Part shown: in pieces, positions 19,987 through 29,933 of the stretch
Layout: each line of letters starts with the position of its first letter
How positions within the stretch are numbered: position 1 is the first letter of the stretch
NCBI GenBank assembly: GCA_019057865.1
Contig: JAHLWP010000008.1
Span: 32,001 to 96,000 of the forward strand
DNA: 64,000 nucleotides
Reading direction: 5' to 3'
Source of the DNA: Promethearchaeota archaeon
Lineage (GTDB): Archaea; Asgardarchaeota; Lokiarchaeia; Sigyniarchaeales; SOKP01
Notes under the pieces: generated by a model
What the model saw: only the letters and a program-made list of their open reading frames with translations
Told to the model about the DNA's origin: nothing
Database searches by the model: none
Translations under genes and position numbers: made by a program

Positions 19987-20906
19987 TTAGTCTTTTCTCT
20001 CTTCTTCTTTTTTGTCTGTTCTGATAAATTTTTTTTTAATTCTTCTGCTCTTTTCAAATCTTCCTCTGTGACTTGTAGATATTCCATAACCTTTCTTTTA
20101 AACACTTTCCTGAGGGGAGTTCCAAAATAATACGAGTTCCCTTTCAAGATATTATATTTTGATGCTCCTGTCATTGGTAACCACCAAGAATTATTTCCCG
20201 TATCTACACCAGGACCAAAACAATTAAATCCCGCAGATGTAACATTATTTCCAATTTTTACTTTAGCAAATGAAATATTACCAAAAATGCCTTCTACAGC
20301 ATGGGAGCTAATACCTGGATTTGTACCAATATAAACATTTTCTCCAACTTCTATAAATCGATCCCCAGCAAGTTGTTCCTCAATAACAGATCCCTTCCCT
20401 ATTTTATTAGTACCGACAAAATTATACATCCATTTCAATAGCCAGGGGAATGGGCCCCGAGAAAAAGCATTTTTGGGATACTTGATAATAAAACTTCTAA
20501 AATGGTAAAAATTCAGAGTTTTACTGGGTATATTTCGAGGGATAATTCCTGATTTGGAGGGTGACTTATTTTCCGAATAGTTCCAAAACCAACGAGTTAT
20601 TAGAGCTACAATAAACAAATGTATTAAATAACATATTATAATTACAAACGGTATTGTTATGGAGGCAATGAGGGAAGGTAAATTAGTAAAAATAGATATA
20701 AAATTTTTTATTTCCAAGAAATAAGGTAAATAAAAAAGCATTATATACATCATAAAAATTATACTAGGTATTAAAAAAGAGCAAAAATAGATAACATAGA
20801 ACGCTGGTAACCATAAATACAATCGTAAACTAATTTCTTCTTTAATAATATTATTTCCGGAATTTTCTATCTGATCTGAACTTTTCGATTCCAACTTTTT
20901 TCCCAC
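19983..20906 (-). CDS. TM + LbH module A (split operon)
   Basis: SPSKSGIIPRN, SHAVEGIFGNIS, YYFGTP; matches the N-halves of the fused paralogs; ATGA overlap with module B. Confidence 0.8.
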   Translation of the reverse strand: MGKKLESKSSDQIENSGNNIIKEEISLRLYLWLPAFYVIYFCSFLIPSIIFMMYIMLFYLPYFLEIKNFISIFTNLPSLIASITIPFVIIICYLIHLFIVALITRWFWNYSENKSPSKSGIIPRNIPSKTLNFYHFRSFIIKYPKNAFSRGPFPWLLKWMYNFVGTNKIGKGSVIEEQLAGDRFIEVGENVYIGTNPGISSHAVEGIFGNISFAKVKIGNNVTSAGFNCFGPGVDTGNNSWWLPMTGASKYNILKGNSYYFGTPLRKVFKRKVMEYLQVTEEDLKRAEELKKNLSEQTKKKKREKTK

Positions 20907-21394
20907 AAAAGTTATATATTTCTTTTTTTAGCGCTTTTCTTGTATGTTTCTTGATTATATACTTCTGAATATTTAAAAATTTTCAGATTCAAAATCATAG
21001 GATAAGTGTAAAAAAAAGTATTTATTTTTATTAATTGGATTTAACTTAATAAAAAAATTAGAAAACATCTAATCAGTTTTTGCTTTAAACGTATTAAAAA
21101 TATTTATAATATGTTTCTAAACGACAATATTTCGACAAAAAATAAAGAAAAATTGATATCGCATAAGCGTTAAAAATTTATTTTTGAATTATCGTTAATA
21201 TCATAGATTCTAAAAAACATCAAATTAAAAAAGTAAAAGAGGTTAATCAATCGATTAATAAAATCCAAACATTAATTTTATATTGTATAATATCATTAAG
21301 TTATAGGTAGGTTAAGGCAATTTAAATTATATTTTAATATATTAAGCCGATAAAATCTAAATTAAAAATATTCTCATAATAATGGAGGAAAATA

Positions 21395-24300
21395 ATGACC
21401 AATAACTCATTCTCGTTAACAGATCTGTACCCAAAATATGTAATCAATTCAAAAGGCGAAAAGAAAAAATTCGATGAGAGTAATATTGCTAAAGTACTAA
21501 ACAAAGAGACAGGCTTGGATATGCACATTGCTGAAAAAGTTGCTGAAGATGTAATAAGAAAAATAATAGGTCTTGGAATAGAGGAGATTACCACTAATTA
21601 TATTAGAGAACTAGTTTGTGTGGAATTAACTCAACGCGGCCTGAATAAATATAGAAATCTGTTCGCTCGAGCTATAAATTTGGAGAATATCAGCTTTAAA
21701 TTAGATGAGACTTTTATTGAAAATTATGTAGGAAAGCGGCCAACTTTCGGCCCATTAGGTTACATTACATATAAAAGAACTTATGCAAGATTTATAGAAG
21801 CAGAGAATAGAAAAGAAGAATTCTGGGAAACCATTAGAAGAGTGGTTGAGGGTTGTTATTCAATCCAAAAAGAACATTGTATTAAACTTAGCTTACCATG
21901 GAGCGATGCAAAAGCACAAAAATCTGCTCAAACCATGTTTAAAAAGATATGGGATTTCAAATTTTTGCCTCCTGGAAGAGGTTTATGGATGATGGGAACA
22001 GAGTTTATTGCTCGCCATGGTTCTATGTCTCTTAATAATTGCGGATTCGCCTCTACAGAAGATATTGATCTAAAATATTCAAAAGCCTTTGAATTTGTAA
22101 TGGATGCTTTAATGTTGGGGGTTGGAGTAGGTTTTGATACAAAAGGAGCAGGAAAATTTAAAATCAAAAAACCACAAGAAGGTCATTTTGACTATCAAAT
22201 TCCTGATAGTAGAGAGGGTTGGGTTGAGGCTTTAAAACTAGTACTTGAAGCTTATTTCTTAGGGAAGCAAGTTCCAACTTATGATTTTAACCTCATTAGA
22301 CCGGCAGGGAAGCCAATAAGAGGCTTTGGAGGGATTGCCTCCGGACCAGGTCCTTTAAAGGAAATGCTCGAAGATATTCACAACATATTAGAAGCTCGAG
22401 TTGGGCAACCGATTACATCTGTTGATATTGTTGATATAATGAATTACATTGGTAAATGTGTTGTGGCGGGTAACGTTAGAAGGAGCGCAGAAATTGCTTT
22501 AGGAGATCCAGGTGATTTAAGTTTTGTGACATGTAAACAAGATCAAGAAAAATTATATTCTCATAGATGGGCTAGTAACAATAGTGTTTTTGCTGTAAAA
22601 GGCTTGGATTATTCATTCATTGCAAATCAAATAGCTGTGAATGGAGAGCCTGGAATTTTTTGGCTAGAAAACGCAAAAGCATATTCTCGAATGGGAGATA
22701 AGCCAGATTATAAAGATAAGAAAGCTGCTGGCGTAAATCCTTGTGGAGAACAGTCCTTAGAATCTTTCGAGCTGTGTTGTGTCACAGGAGATACAAGAAT
22801 TCAGATCAAAAATGGTGCTCCTCGAATCTCAGAGATGGTTGATAAAGAAGTAGAAGTATGGAATGGAGATCGTTGGTCAAAAGTCATCCCTTTTATAGCA
22901 GCTAAAGATAAGGAAATTTATCGAGTACATATATCAGATGGGTCTTATTTAGATTGCACTCTGGATCATAAATGGCATATCAAACCATCAACTGCCAGAA
23001 TTTTTCGATCAGTCCAGACAAAAGAGTTAAAACCAGGAGATTATGTAGTATCATTCGAAATTGATAAAGAATTCGGTGGTATCTATGAACCAAATGCATT
23101 TGAATATGGTTTATTTTCGGGTGATGGTTATATTGATAAAAATTATCCTATGGTTTGTATTTGTGGAGAAAAATCAAAATTAAAAGATCTTGATGTTAAA
23201 GGAACTTGGTATAAGGAACAAATAAAAGAAGGTTATAAAGAACCTTATAACCGACTGAATCTTAATGGTGTTATTGAATTAGAACTATCACTGATTCTGA
23301 ACGATAAATCTAGTGGCCTTCCTGATATTATTTTTAGTTGGGATCGTGAGTCAATATTAGAATTTATTGCAGGATTAATTGAGACTGATGGAAATTTATG
23401 TCATCAAGTAAATACAGATAACTATAGGATTTTTGGAAATGAAGAAAAAATACGAGATCTTCAGTTACTTCTTAGGAGAGTAGGAATAAATCATTCTAGT
23501 ATTTATTCTGCAGGTGAAGCTGGAGAAGAAACGAATTTTGGAATCAGAAATTATAGTATTTATTGTTTATTTATTCCATCATATGAATGTGGGGATATTC
23601 CTACTAGAATTAAAAAAGCAACTCGTATAGGGAAGAGGTATGTTATAAATAATCGCCATCCAGAGGGGAAATTTATTGATAGGGCTAGGAAACAAAAAAT
23701 TATAAAAATCGAGCAATCAAATAAAAAACAATCTGTTTATTGTTTTACAGAACCCAAAAATCATATGGGCGTATTTGGAAATGTTCTAACTTATCAATGC
23801 TTGGTAGAGACGTTTCCTTCGAGACATGACTCTTTTGAGGAGTTCCAAGGAACTTTAAAGTATGCTTATTTATATGCCAAATCTGTTACGCTTGTAAATA
23901 CGCATTGGCAAGAAACTAACGCAGTAATGCTTAAGAATCGGAGGATGGGAATTTCCCAAACAGGAATAATAGAAGCTTTTGTGAAATATGGAAGAAGGGC
24001 CATATTAGAATGGTGTGATAAAGGATATAAATATTTACAGGAACTAGACGAACAATACTCTGGTTGGCTTTGTATACCGAGAAGTATAAAACTCACAACT
24101 GTAAAGCCAAGTGGGACCGTAAGTTTGCTCCCAGGAGTACCACCTGGTATTCATTATCCTCATTCTGAATATTATATTAGAAGGATACGCATTTCAAAGA
24201 ATTCTGACTTAATTAAGCCACTTAAGAATGCGGGTTATTATATTGAAGAAGATTCATATTCACCAAATACGGTTGTTGTCGAATTCCCTGTCCATGAGAA

Positions 24301-24649
24301 ATATTTCGATCGTTCAAAAAACGATGTATCTATCTGGGAACAAGCAGAGAATGCTGCTGCATATCAAAAGTATTGGTCTGATAATCAAGTATCAATAACG
24401 ATTACATTTAAAGAAGAGGAGGCAGATCAAATTGAATATGTTCTTGAATGCTACGAAGATAAATTGAAAAGTGTAAGTTTTTTACCAATCAAGGAACATG
24501 GGTATAAACAAGCTCCATATGAAGAAATAACAAAAGAAAAATATGAGGATATATTATCAAAAATAAAACCTTTAGATTTAGATACTACAAAAGATCGAGC
24601 AATTGGAGAACGGTTTTGTGATACTGAAGCTTGTGAAGTTCGATTCTAG
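21395..24649 (+). CDS. nrdJ: Class II (B12-dependent) ribonucleotide reductase with N-terminal ATP-cone, intein-containing
   Basis: ATP-cone (VINSKGEKKKFD), PPGRGLW, NNC, GNVRRSAEI, NPCGE, TTVKPSGT, C-terminal CDTEAC; GGAGG RBS. Confidence 0.93.
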   Translation: MTNNSFSLTDLYPKYVINSKGEKKKFDESNIAKVLNKETGLDMHIAEKVAEDVIRKIIGLGIEEITTNYIRELVCVELTQRGLNKYRNLFARAINLENISFKLDETFIENYVGKRPTFGPLGYITYKRTYARFIEAENRKEEFWETIRRVVEGCYSIQKEHCIKLSLPWSDAKAQKSAQTMFKKIWDFKFLPPGRGLWMMGTEFIARHGSMSLNNCGFASTEDIDLKYSKAFEFVMDALMLGVGVGFDTKGAGKFKIKKPQEGHFDYQIPDSREGWVEALKLVLEAYFLGKQVPTYDFNLIRPAGKPIRGFGGIASGPGPLKEMLEDIHNILEARVGQPITSVDIVDIMNYIGKCVVAGNVRRSAEIALGDPGDLSFVTCKQDQEKLYSHRWASNNSVFAVKGLDYSFIANQIAVNGEPGIFWLENAKAYSRMGDKPDYKDKKAAGVNPCGEQSLESFELCCVTGDTRIQIKNGAPRISEMVDKEVEVWNGDRWSKVIPFIAAKDKEIYRVHISDGSYLDCTLDHKWHIKPSTARIFRSVQTKELKPGDYVVSFEIDKEFGGIYEPNAFEYGLFSGDGYIDKNYPMVCICGEKSKLKDLDVKGTWYKEQIKEGYKEPYNRLNLNGVIELELSLILNDKSSGLPDIIFSWDRESILEFIAGLIETDGNLCHQVNTDNYRIFGNEEKIRDLQLLLRRVGINHSSIYSAGEAGEETNFGIRNYSIYCLFIPSYECGDIPTRIKKATRIGKRYVINNRHPEGKFIDRARKQKIIKIEQSNKKQSVYCFTEPKNHMGVFGNVLTYQCLVETFPSRHDSFEEFQGTLKYAYLYAKSVTLVNTHWQETNAVMLKNRRMGISQTGIIEAFVKYGRRAILEWCDKGYKYLQELDEQYSGWLCIPRSIKLTTVKPSGTVSLLPGVPPGIHYPHSEYYIRRIRISKNSDLIKPLKNAGYYIEEDSYSPNTVVVEFPVHEKYFDRSKNDVSIWEQAENAAAYQKYWSDNQVSITITFKEEEADQIEYVLECYEDKLKSVSFLPIKEHGYKQAPYEEITKEKYEDILSKIKPLDLDTTKDRAIGERFCDTEACEVRF
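22778..23797 (+). mobile_element. 340-aa intein with LAGLIDADG homing endonuclease, ending in Gln
   Basis: Block A CVTGDTRI, block B CTLDHKW, endonuclease motifs YGLFSGDG and FIAGLIETDG, block F VYCFTE, end NVLTYQ/C; removal restores NPCGEQSLESFELCCLVE. Confidence 0.9.
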
Positions 24650-24650
24650 C

Positions 24651-25769
24651 TTAACTTTTCTCAGCTCGAGCTAATTCCGCTTTTTTATCCATTATTGCTA
24701 AATAGGTATTATATGAATTTTTTGGTGGAATAGTCTCTTTCTCTTTTTTATGAAGAGACATTGCTTCTGAGGTACAAGTTGGTATACAAACACCGCAACC
24801 TATGCATCTTGCCTTATTTATATTTGATATATTATCTTCTATCGTTACAGCATCCATATTGCAGCGTTCTTCACAGATTCCACAGCCTGTACATAGATCT
24901 TCATCCACTTCAGCATAATAATTAGTTGCAAATAATCGAGCAGGCTCCGGAAATTTCTTTTGATTTACAAGGACTTCACAACAACAACCACAACAAGTAC
25001 AAATGGATCGTGGTTTTAAAGAGTTTGCTGGTTGAATTACTAAGCCATCTTCTTCAGCTTTCTCTAAAACCTTTATTGCTTCTTCTTTTGAAATTTCTCT
25101 ACCTAGACCTTTTTCTATATACATCTGTGCAGCTGTCCTGAACGAAAAACATGACTCACGAAGATTCGTCTTCTTACAAGGATCTCCAATAAGGTCTTTA
25201 CTCTTTCTACAGATACATTCAGCTAATGATATTGGACCTTTAATGTTCTCAATTATCGCTCTTAAATCATCATAAGTAGAAATAGATTGCTCATATTCAA
25301 TACTTTGCTCTATTGGTATAGTACGTAATTGTGGAATCCCTGTTTTATTAAATTCTCTCTCCCAAAATGCTTCTTCGAAATATTGATATATATCTTTAAC
25401 AAAATCTTCTGTTAATCGATTTAATTGATATTCAAACATTCCGACCACTATTGGCGCAGAACCATAATATTTTACCTCTACGCTGCCTTCCTTCCTCCTT
25501 CCCATATTAATTGTACCTTTTTGATACATCTCATCTAATTTCTTTTCAAGGTCTTCCATTGAAATACCGCTTTTTTTCACTCTTCTATAAATTGCTTTTA
25601 ATGGCTCAGGTTGAAAATTTAAATTTATTGCTATTCTTGCCTCTTCTGGAGTAAAGAGATGAGATAAGATTCGTATTTCTACTCCAGATTCCGTGGCAGG
25701 ATACCCAACTGGCATCTTATCGAGATGCTGCTGTAATTCTCTATAGACATCTAAACTTACTTCATTCAT
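24651..25769 (-). CDS. 4Fe-4S dicluster protein with N-terminal HTH-like region
   Basis: CICR, ICTCCGCCC, CTGCGICEERC, CIGCGVCIPTC. Confidence 0.8.
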   Translation of the reverse strand: MNEVSLDVYRELQQHLDKMPVGYPATESGVEIRILSHLFTPEEARIAINLNFQPEPLKAIYRRVKKSGISMEDLEKKLDEMYQKGTINMGRRKEGSVEVKYYGSAPIVVGMFEYQLNRLTEDFVKDIYQYFEEAFWEREFNKTGIPQLRTIPIEQSIEYEQSISTYDDLRAIIENIKGPISLAECICRKSKDLIGDPCKKTNLRESCFSFRTAAQMYIEKGLGREISKEEAIKVLEKAEEDGLVIQPANSLKPRSICTCCGCCCEVLVNQKKFPEPARLFATNYYAEVDEDLCTGCGICEERCNMDAVTIEDNISNINKARCIGCGVCIPTCTSEAMSLHKKEKETIPPKNSYNTYLAIMDKKAELARAEKS

Positions 25770-25994
25770 AATAAATATTTATATTTTTTTTATAATAAAA
25801 TTAATCAAAAGTATGTTTAATTTAAATGAAAATATTGAAATTCAATTCTCTAAACAAGATCAGTTACTTTAGTAAATACACATTGGTTAGAAATAAATGC
25901 AGTAAATATATTCTATTTTTCATTTTTTTAAAACAATAAGAAATTTATAATTAATTATCTTATATAATTTTATTAAGATTTTTGGTGAAATTTA

Positions 25995-27824
25995 ATGAAA
26001 AAAAAAAATATATACTTGGTTCTATTAATTTTCCTATTCTTCAATACAGCATACTTTAAATTCAACATTTCTTATGCTGATCAACAAAATATTAATAAAA
26101 ATGCTAAACCAATTTTATCAGATGTAATAGTAGGAAATTACACTGTTCCAGGTATTTCAGTACCAATACCAATAAGTCAGGTAATAAAGATTGGCATTCT
26201 TGATGATATGAAATATATTACAGGTGAACATGCATGGAATGGAGCCATATTAGCTGCTAAAGAAATAAACCAGGCTGGAGGTGTTCTGCTTAATGGTACT
26301 ATACATTACGTTGGTCTTGTAGCTGAAGATACTGACGAAGCTAATCCCAATTTAGAAATAATCGATGGAATTCTCGCTGCAACAAAAATAATAAGCAATG
26401 ATCCCCACTATGTTATAGGGGGGTTTTTAAAAGAATCATTGCAAGCATATTATGAAGTTATTATGGATGCTAAGATACCTTTTCTTTGTACAGGTTGTCC
26501 TTCAGATAGTTTTTGTGAAAATGTATATAATGACTATAATCGGTATAAATACTTTTTTAGAGCGTCCCCAATTAATGGAACTAGTCTAGCACGCGAACTA
26601 ATATCTTATTTAGTCTATCTTACATCTTTTTTGAAAGCTGTTTATGGACAAGATGCTGAGAAGTTCGGCATTCTTCGTGAAGATCTAGCCTGGACAATGC
26701 CTATAGCAAATATCTTGAAATCAATTCTACCTGTGTACATCCCAAATTATACTTTGGTACAGGAGGTTGTATATCCAATTAGCGCTGTTCCAGTAGACTT
26801 TGATACTTATTTAAATATGTTTGAAGCTGCTGGTGCCCAAATAGTAATTCCAATAATTTCGGGACCAACAGGAGCTTATTTAGGTGCTAGATACGGACAA
26901 TTGAAACCTGAATATCTTTTATGTGGGATTAATTTTATTGCACAAAGTGATACTTATTGGGATCTAACTGCTGGGGGCGGTAGGTATGAAATTACAATGC
27001 AACCTATTCATAACACAAATAAGACTTATCTAACGATACCATTTTGGGATACCTTTCTAGCGGAGTATAACAAAGAACCAATTTATACAGGAGTAGGTTC
27101 TTATGATGCCGTTAGAATGCTAGTATATGCAACTAGCCAAGTTCAATCATTTAATGCTGATATCATTGTATCGGAATTAGAGCAAATTAATCAGAGTAAT
27201 CCATTTGCGGGGGTCTCTGGAAATATTGCCTTTACAGAATCCCATGATTTACTAGAAGGTTGGCCCTATTCGACAGAATTATTTTGCCAATGGCAAATGG
27301 ACGGAAACAAAGTAGTACTTTCCACAGGGAATTTAATATATCCTAATTCTATTGTAACTGGCTCATTGTCAATTCCATATTGGGGTATTTATAATCTTGT
27401 AGATGATTATTCATATAAATTACCGGGTAATTTTTCATTATTTAGTGATGCTGATGATCCAGATCCTGATGGTGCTTTTGATCTTATCTGGACGGATTCT
27501 GAAGGAGCAGATAATTATTCAGTATACATGTTCGACAAATTTATAACAGAAATAAATGAAAGTCTTACTTTACATGCTAATCAGACTGCTATATCCCCCT
27601 TCCCCATATCTGGATTACTTAACGATGAATATTATTTTACGATATTAGCATATAATGAAAATGGAGCAACAATGTCAAACAATGAATATATTATTGTTTA
27701 CTTACCTGATTCCAATGGTGATAAAATTATAATTCCCGGATATAGCTTTATTTTGATTTTAAGTATTGGATTTATTGTATCGCTATTATTAGTAAAAAAC
27801 ACACTACACAAAAAAATTAAATAA
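25995..27824 (+). CDS. ABC-type (branched-chain amino acid family) substrate-binding protein with IPGY sorting tail
   Basis: Signal peptide, IKIGILDD, GAILAAKEINQAGG, YFFR, YDAV; C-terminal Fn3-like region and IPGY-TM-KKIK. Confidence 0.8.
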   Translation: MKKKNIYLVLLIFLFFNTAYFKFNISYADQQNINKNAKPILSDVIVGNYTVPGISVPIPISQVIKIGILDDMKYITGEHAWNGAILAAKEINQAGGVLLNGTIHYVGLVAEDTDEANPNLEIIDGILAATKIISNDPHYVIGGFLKESLQAYYEVIMDAKIPFLCTGCPSDSFCENVYNDYNRYKYFFRASPINGTSLARELISYLVYLTSFLKAVYGQDAEKFGILREDLAWTMPIANILKSILPVYIPNYTLVQEVVYPISAVPVDFDTYLNMFEAAGAQIVIPIISGPTGAYLGARYGQLKPEYLLCGINFIAQSDTYWDLTAGGGRYEITMQPIHNTNKTYLTIPFWDTFLAEYNKEPIYTGVGSYDAVRMLVYATSQVQSFNADIIVSELEQINQSNPFAGVSGNIAFTESHDLLEGWPYSTELFCQWQMDGNKVVLSTGNLIYPNSIVTGSLSIPYWGIYNLVDDYSYKLPGNFSLFSDADDPDPDGAFDLIWTDSEGADNYSVYMFDKFITEINESLTLHANQTAISPFPISGLLNDEYYFTILAYNENGATMSNNEYIIVYLPDSNGDKIIIPGYSFILILSIGFIVSLLLVKNTLHKKIK

Positions 27825-28068
27825 TAATTCTTATTTTTTTATTTTCTTTCTAAATATAATACCTACTATTTTGAGTTCTTAAATTTGAAATCTTCAGATT
27901 AAATTCAGCTAATGGTATTTCAAAAAAAAGTTTTTTCTCATTTAGATTTAGAATTTTATAAGGATTAATCAATAAAAGTTTAAAGTAAAAATTATATAGT
28001 ATCCAAATGAAAATTACATTAACAATATAATATTTTAATAATCAAAAATTTGAAAGATGTGATAATTC

Positions 28069-28938
28069 ATGGCAAAAAAACAAGAAACTGAACCAAAACC
28101 AAAAAAAACAAAAGCAGCCAAAGCTAAACCAGCAGAACCCCCAAAACCAAAAAAGATCGTATATAAAAAGATAAAAGTAAATTTCTGGAGGACACGCTTA
28201 CATGATGAAGAATTAGGAATTCATCAACAACTTAAATATCAAGCAAAAACGCGTTATTTCTCTAAAAATTTTGATATTGAAGGTGTTATCGAATATGATG
28301 GTAAGAAGAAATACATTGTTGCCTTTAGCAAGGATAATTGGGAAGAAAAGCCAACTCTCGAGAAAAGACTTGTTTGTCGTTTCTTTACTATTATGGAAGA
28401 ATCGATGGATGCTACACCGAAAGGAGGAAATTTTAAAGGAGGATTAGAGCTAAGTGTTACTCACTCTTTAATACAAAGTTATGAAATTAAACACCCAGCT
28501 CCTGTCTTTTTCATGCAATTGCCAGGTACTCTTACATTAGTTCGAGTAGTTAGGGGTTGGAGACTTGTTGGAACAAGATGGACCTTCCCATTAATTCCAG
28601 AAGAAGCAGGGGATAAATTACAAGTGGTAATGGCTAAGGGAATTGTAGGGCCTGGTAGAAATTATAATATCTTTCTTGGGGACAAAAAGATCGCAAGGAT
28701 TGATGGACAAGTTGTGCAAAAGAATTTTGAAGTTGAAATTTATGATGAAAAATACGCAAAAGATAAGTCATTTATAATGTATCTTACATTATTTGGCGCT
28801 ATTTGCAATTTTATGAAAGGTGCTGAAAAAATGATTAAAGAATTATATAAAAAGATGAAGAAGACAGCAACTACAAATTTTAAACCACCAAAACAAGAAA
28901 TAGATCTGTTCAGGAACCCAAGAATGATGAGACGTTAG
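28069..28938 (+). CDS. Hypothetical protein (possible tubby/LURP-like beta-barrel)
   Basis: Long ORF, Lys/Pro-rich N-terminus, beta-rich body ending in a hydrophobic helix. Confidence 0.55.
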   Translation: MAKKQETEPKPKKTKAAKAKPAEPPKPKKIVYKKIKVNFWRTRLHDEELGIHQQLKYQAKTRYFSKNFDIEGVIEYDGKKKYIVAFSKDNWEEKPTLEKRLVCRFFTIMEESMDATPKGGNFKGGLELSVTHSLIQSYEIKHPAPVFFMQLPGTLTLVRVVRGWRLVGTRWTFPLIPEEAGDKLQVVMAKGIVGPGRNYNIFLGDKKIARIDGQVVQKNFEVEIYDEKYAKDKSFIMYLTLFGAICNFMKGAEKMIKELYKKMKKTATTNFKPPKQEIDLFRNPRMMRR

Positions 28939-29023
28939 TTCAAACTATTTTAACGCTACAGCTTTAATATAAATAACGTAAAAAAAAATGTAAAAAATTA
29001 ATTTTTATTTATTATTTTTTTAG

Positions 29024-29791
29024 TTATGATTTAAGTTTCGCTTTCCATTCTTTATATCCCCGTGTCTCCTTGCCTCTATAGATTGCTTTTTGTCCAGTCT
29101 CTTTCTTATATATGTCTCTTAATGTCCTTTCATCAGCATTCTTTATCGCGTCCTTTTTAATCTGTTCTTCTATCTCAATTTCTTCTTCTATTTCTTTGAC
29201 ATGTCTTAGAACCCAAAAAACACCATGATTCCAAATATAAAATCCTAAAAAGATCATAGCAACAATAATGAAAAGAATCCCCCCTACCCACATAATCCAC
29301 ATCCCAGGTGTAAACTCATCTACCATATAACTCCAAACTTTTTTTACAAATGTAAGAAATGTGGTTGGTAGCAACCCGATAATAAGGCTTATGATTGTTA
29401 TATATAGACCCATCAGAGCTATTCCTATAAGCATTCGCAACCCGTAATAATCTTGCCATTTATTTGCAATTGCTCGATCTTTAAACATAAATTGGCATAA
29501 ACGCACCATTCCTCCACGGAAAAGAGTATAAAAGAGAACTAATAAGAATAAATGACCAGTAACTGCTCCAGCAATGATTGCAATCTGATACCCAAGTTGA
29601 TATCCTAAAAATGTATCCCATGCACCACCTGCGAATACAAATCCTAAAATTACTCCCCATACACCAATTACTAATACTACAGTGGCAATTATCAGTCCAT
29701 AATAAACAGTTTTTGCAAATCTTAAGTCCCACGTACTATATGCATCTAGCGGGTCCTCTCTATCAGGTGCTTTTCTAGCTGCTCTTGGCAT
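29024..29791 (-). CDS. Hypothetical 4-TM membrane protein
   Basis: Four hydrophobic segments, charged C-terminus. Confidence 0.7.
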   Translation of the reverse strand: MPRAARKAPDREDPLDAYSTWDLRFAKTVYYGLIIATVVLVIGVWGVILGFVFAGGAWDTFLGYQLGYQIAIIAGAVTGHLFLLVLFYTLFRGGMVRLCQFMFKDRAIANKWQDYYGLRMLIGIALMGLYITIISLIIGLLPTTFLTFVKKVWSYMVDEFTPGMWIMWVGGILFIIVAMIFLGFYIWNHGVFWVLRHVKEIEEEIEIEEQIKKDAIKNADERTLRDIYKKETGQKAIYRGKETRGYKEWKAKLKS

Positions 29792-29933
29792 AATTTTCTC
29801 ATCTTTTAATAATATTTTTAAAATTTTTAGGTTTTCAAATTTCTATAATTAAATATTTAGTTATACTATTATTTATTTTTAATAGTTTATTGATATTCAG
29901 AAAATATTTTACATTAAATGCACTTTTAAAAAG

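Noticed and set aside
20907-21394. Possible operator or cobalamin riboswitch upstream of nrdJ (TTAATC-aatc-GATTAA near 21243-21258)
   Set aside because: A single short AT-rich dyad and no B12-box; insufficient support
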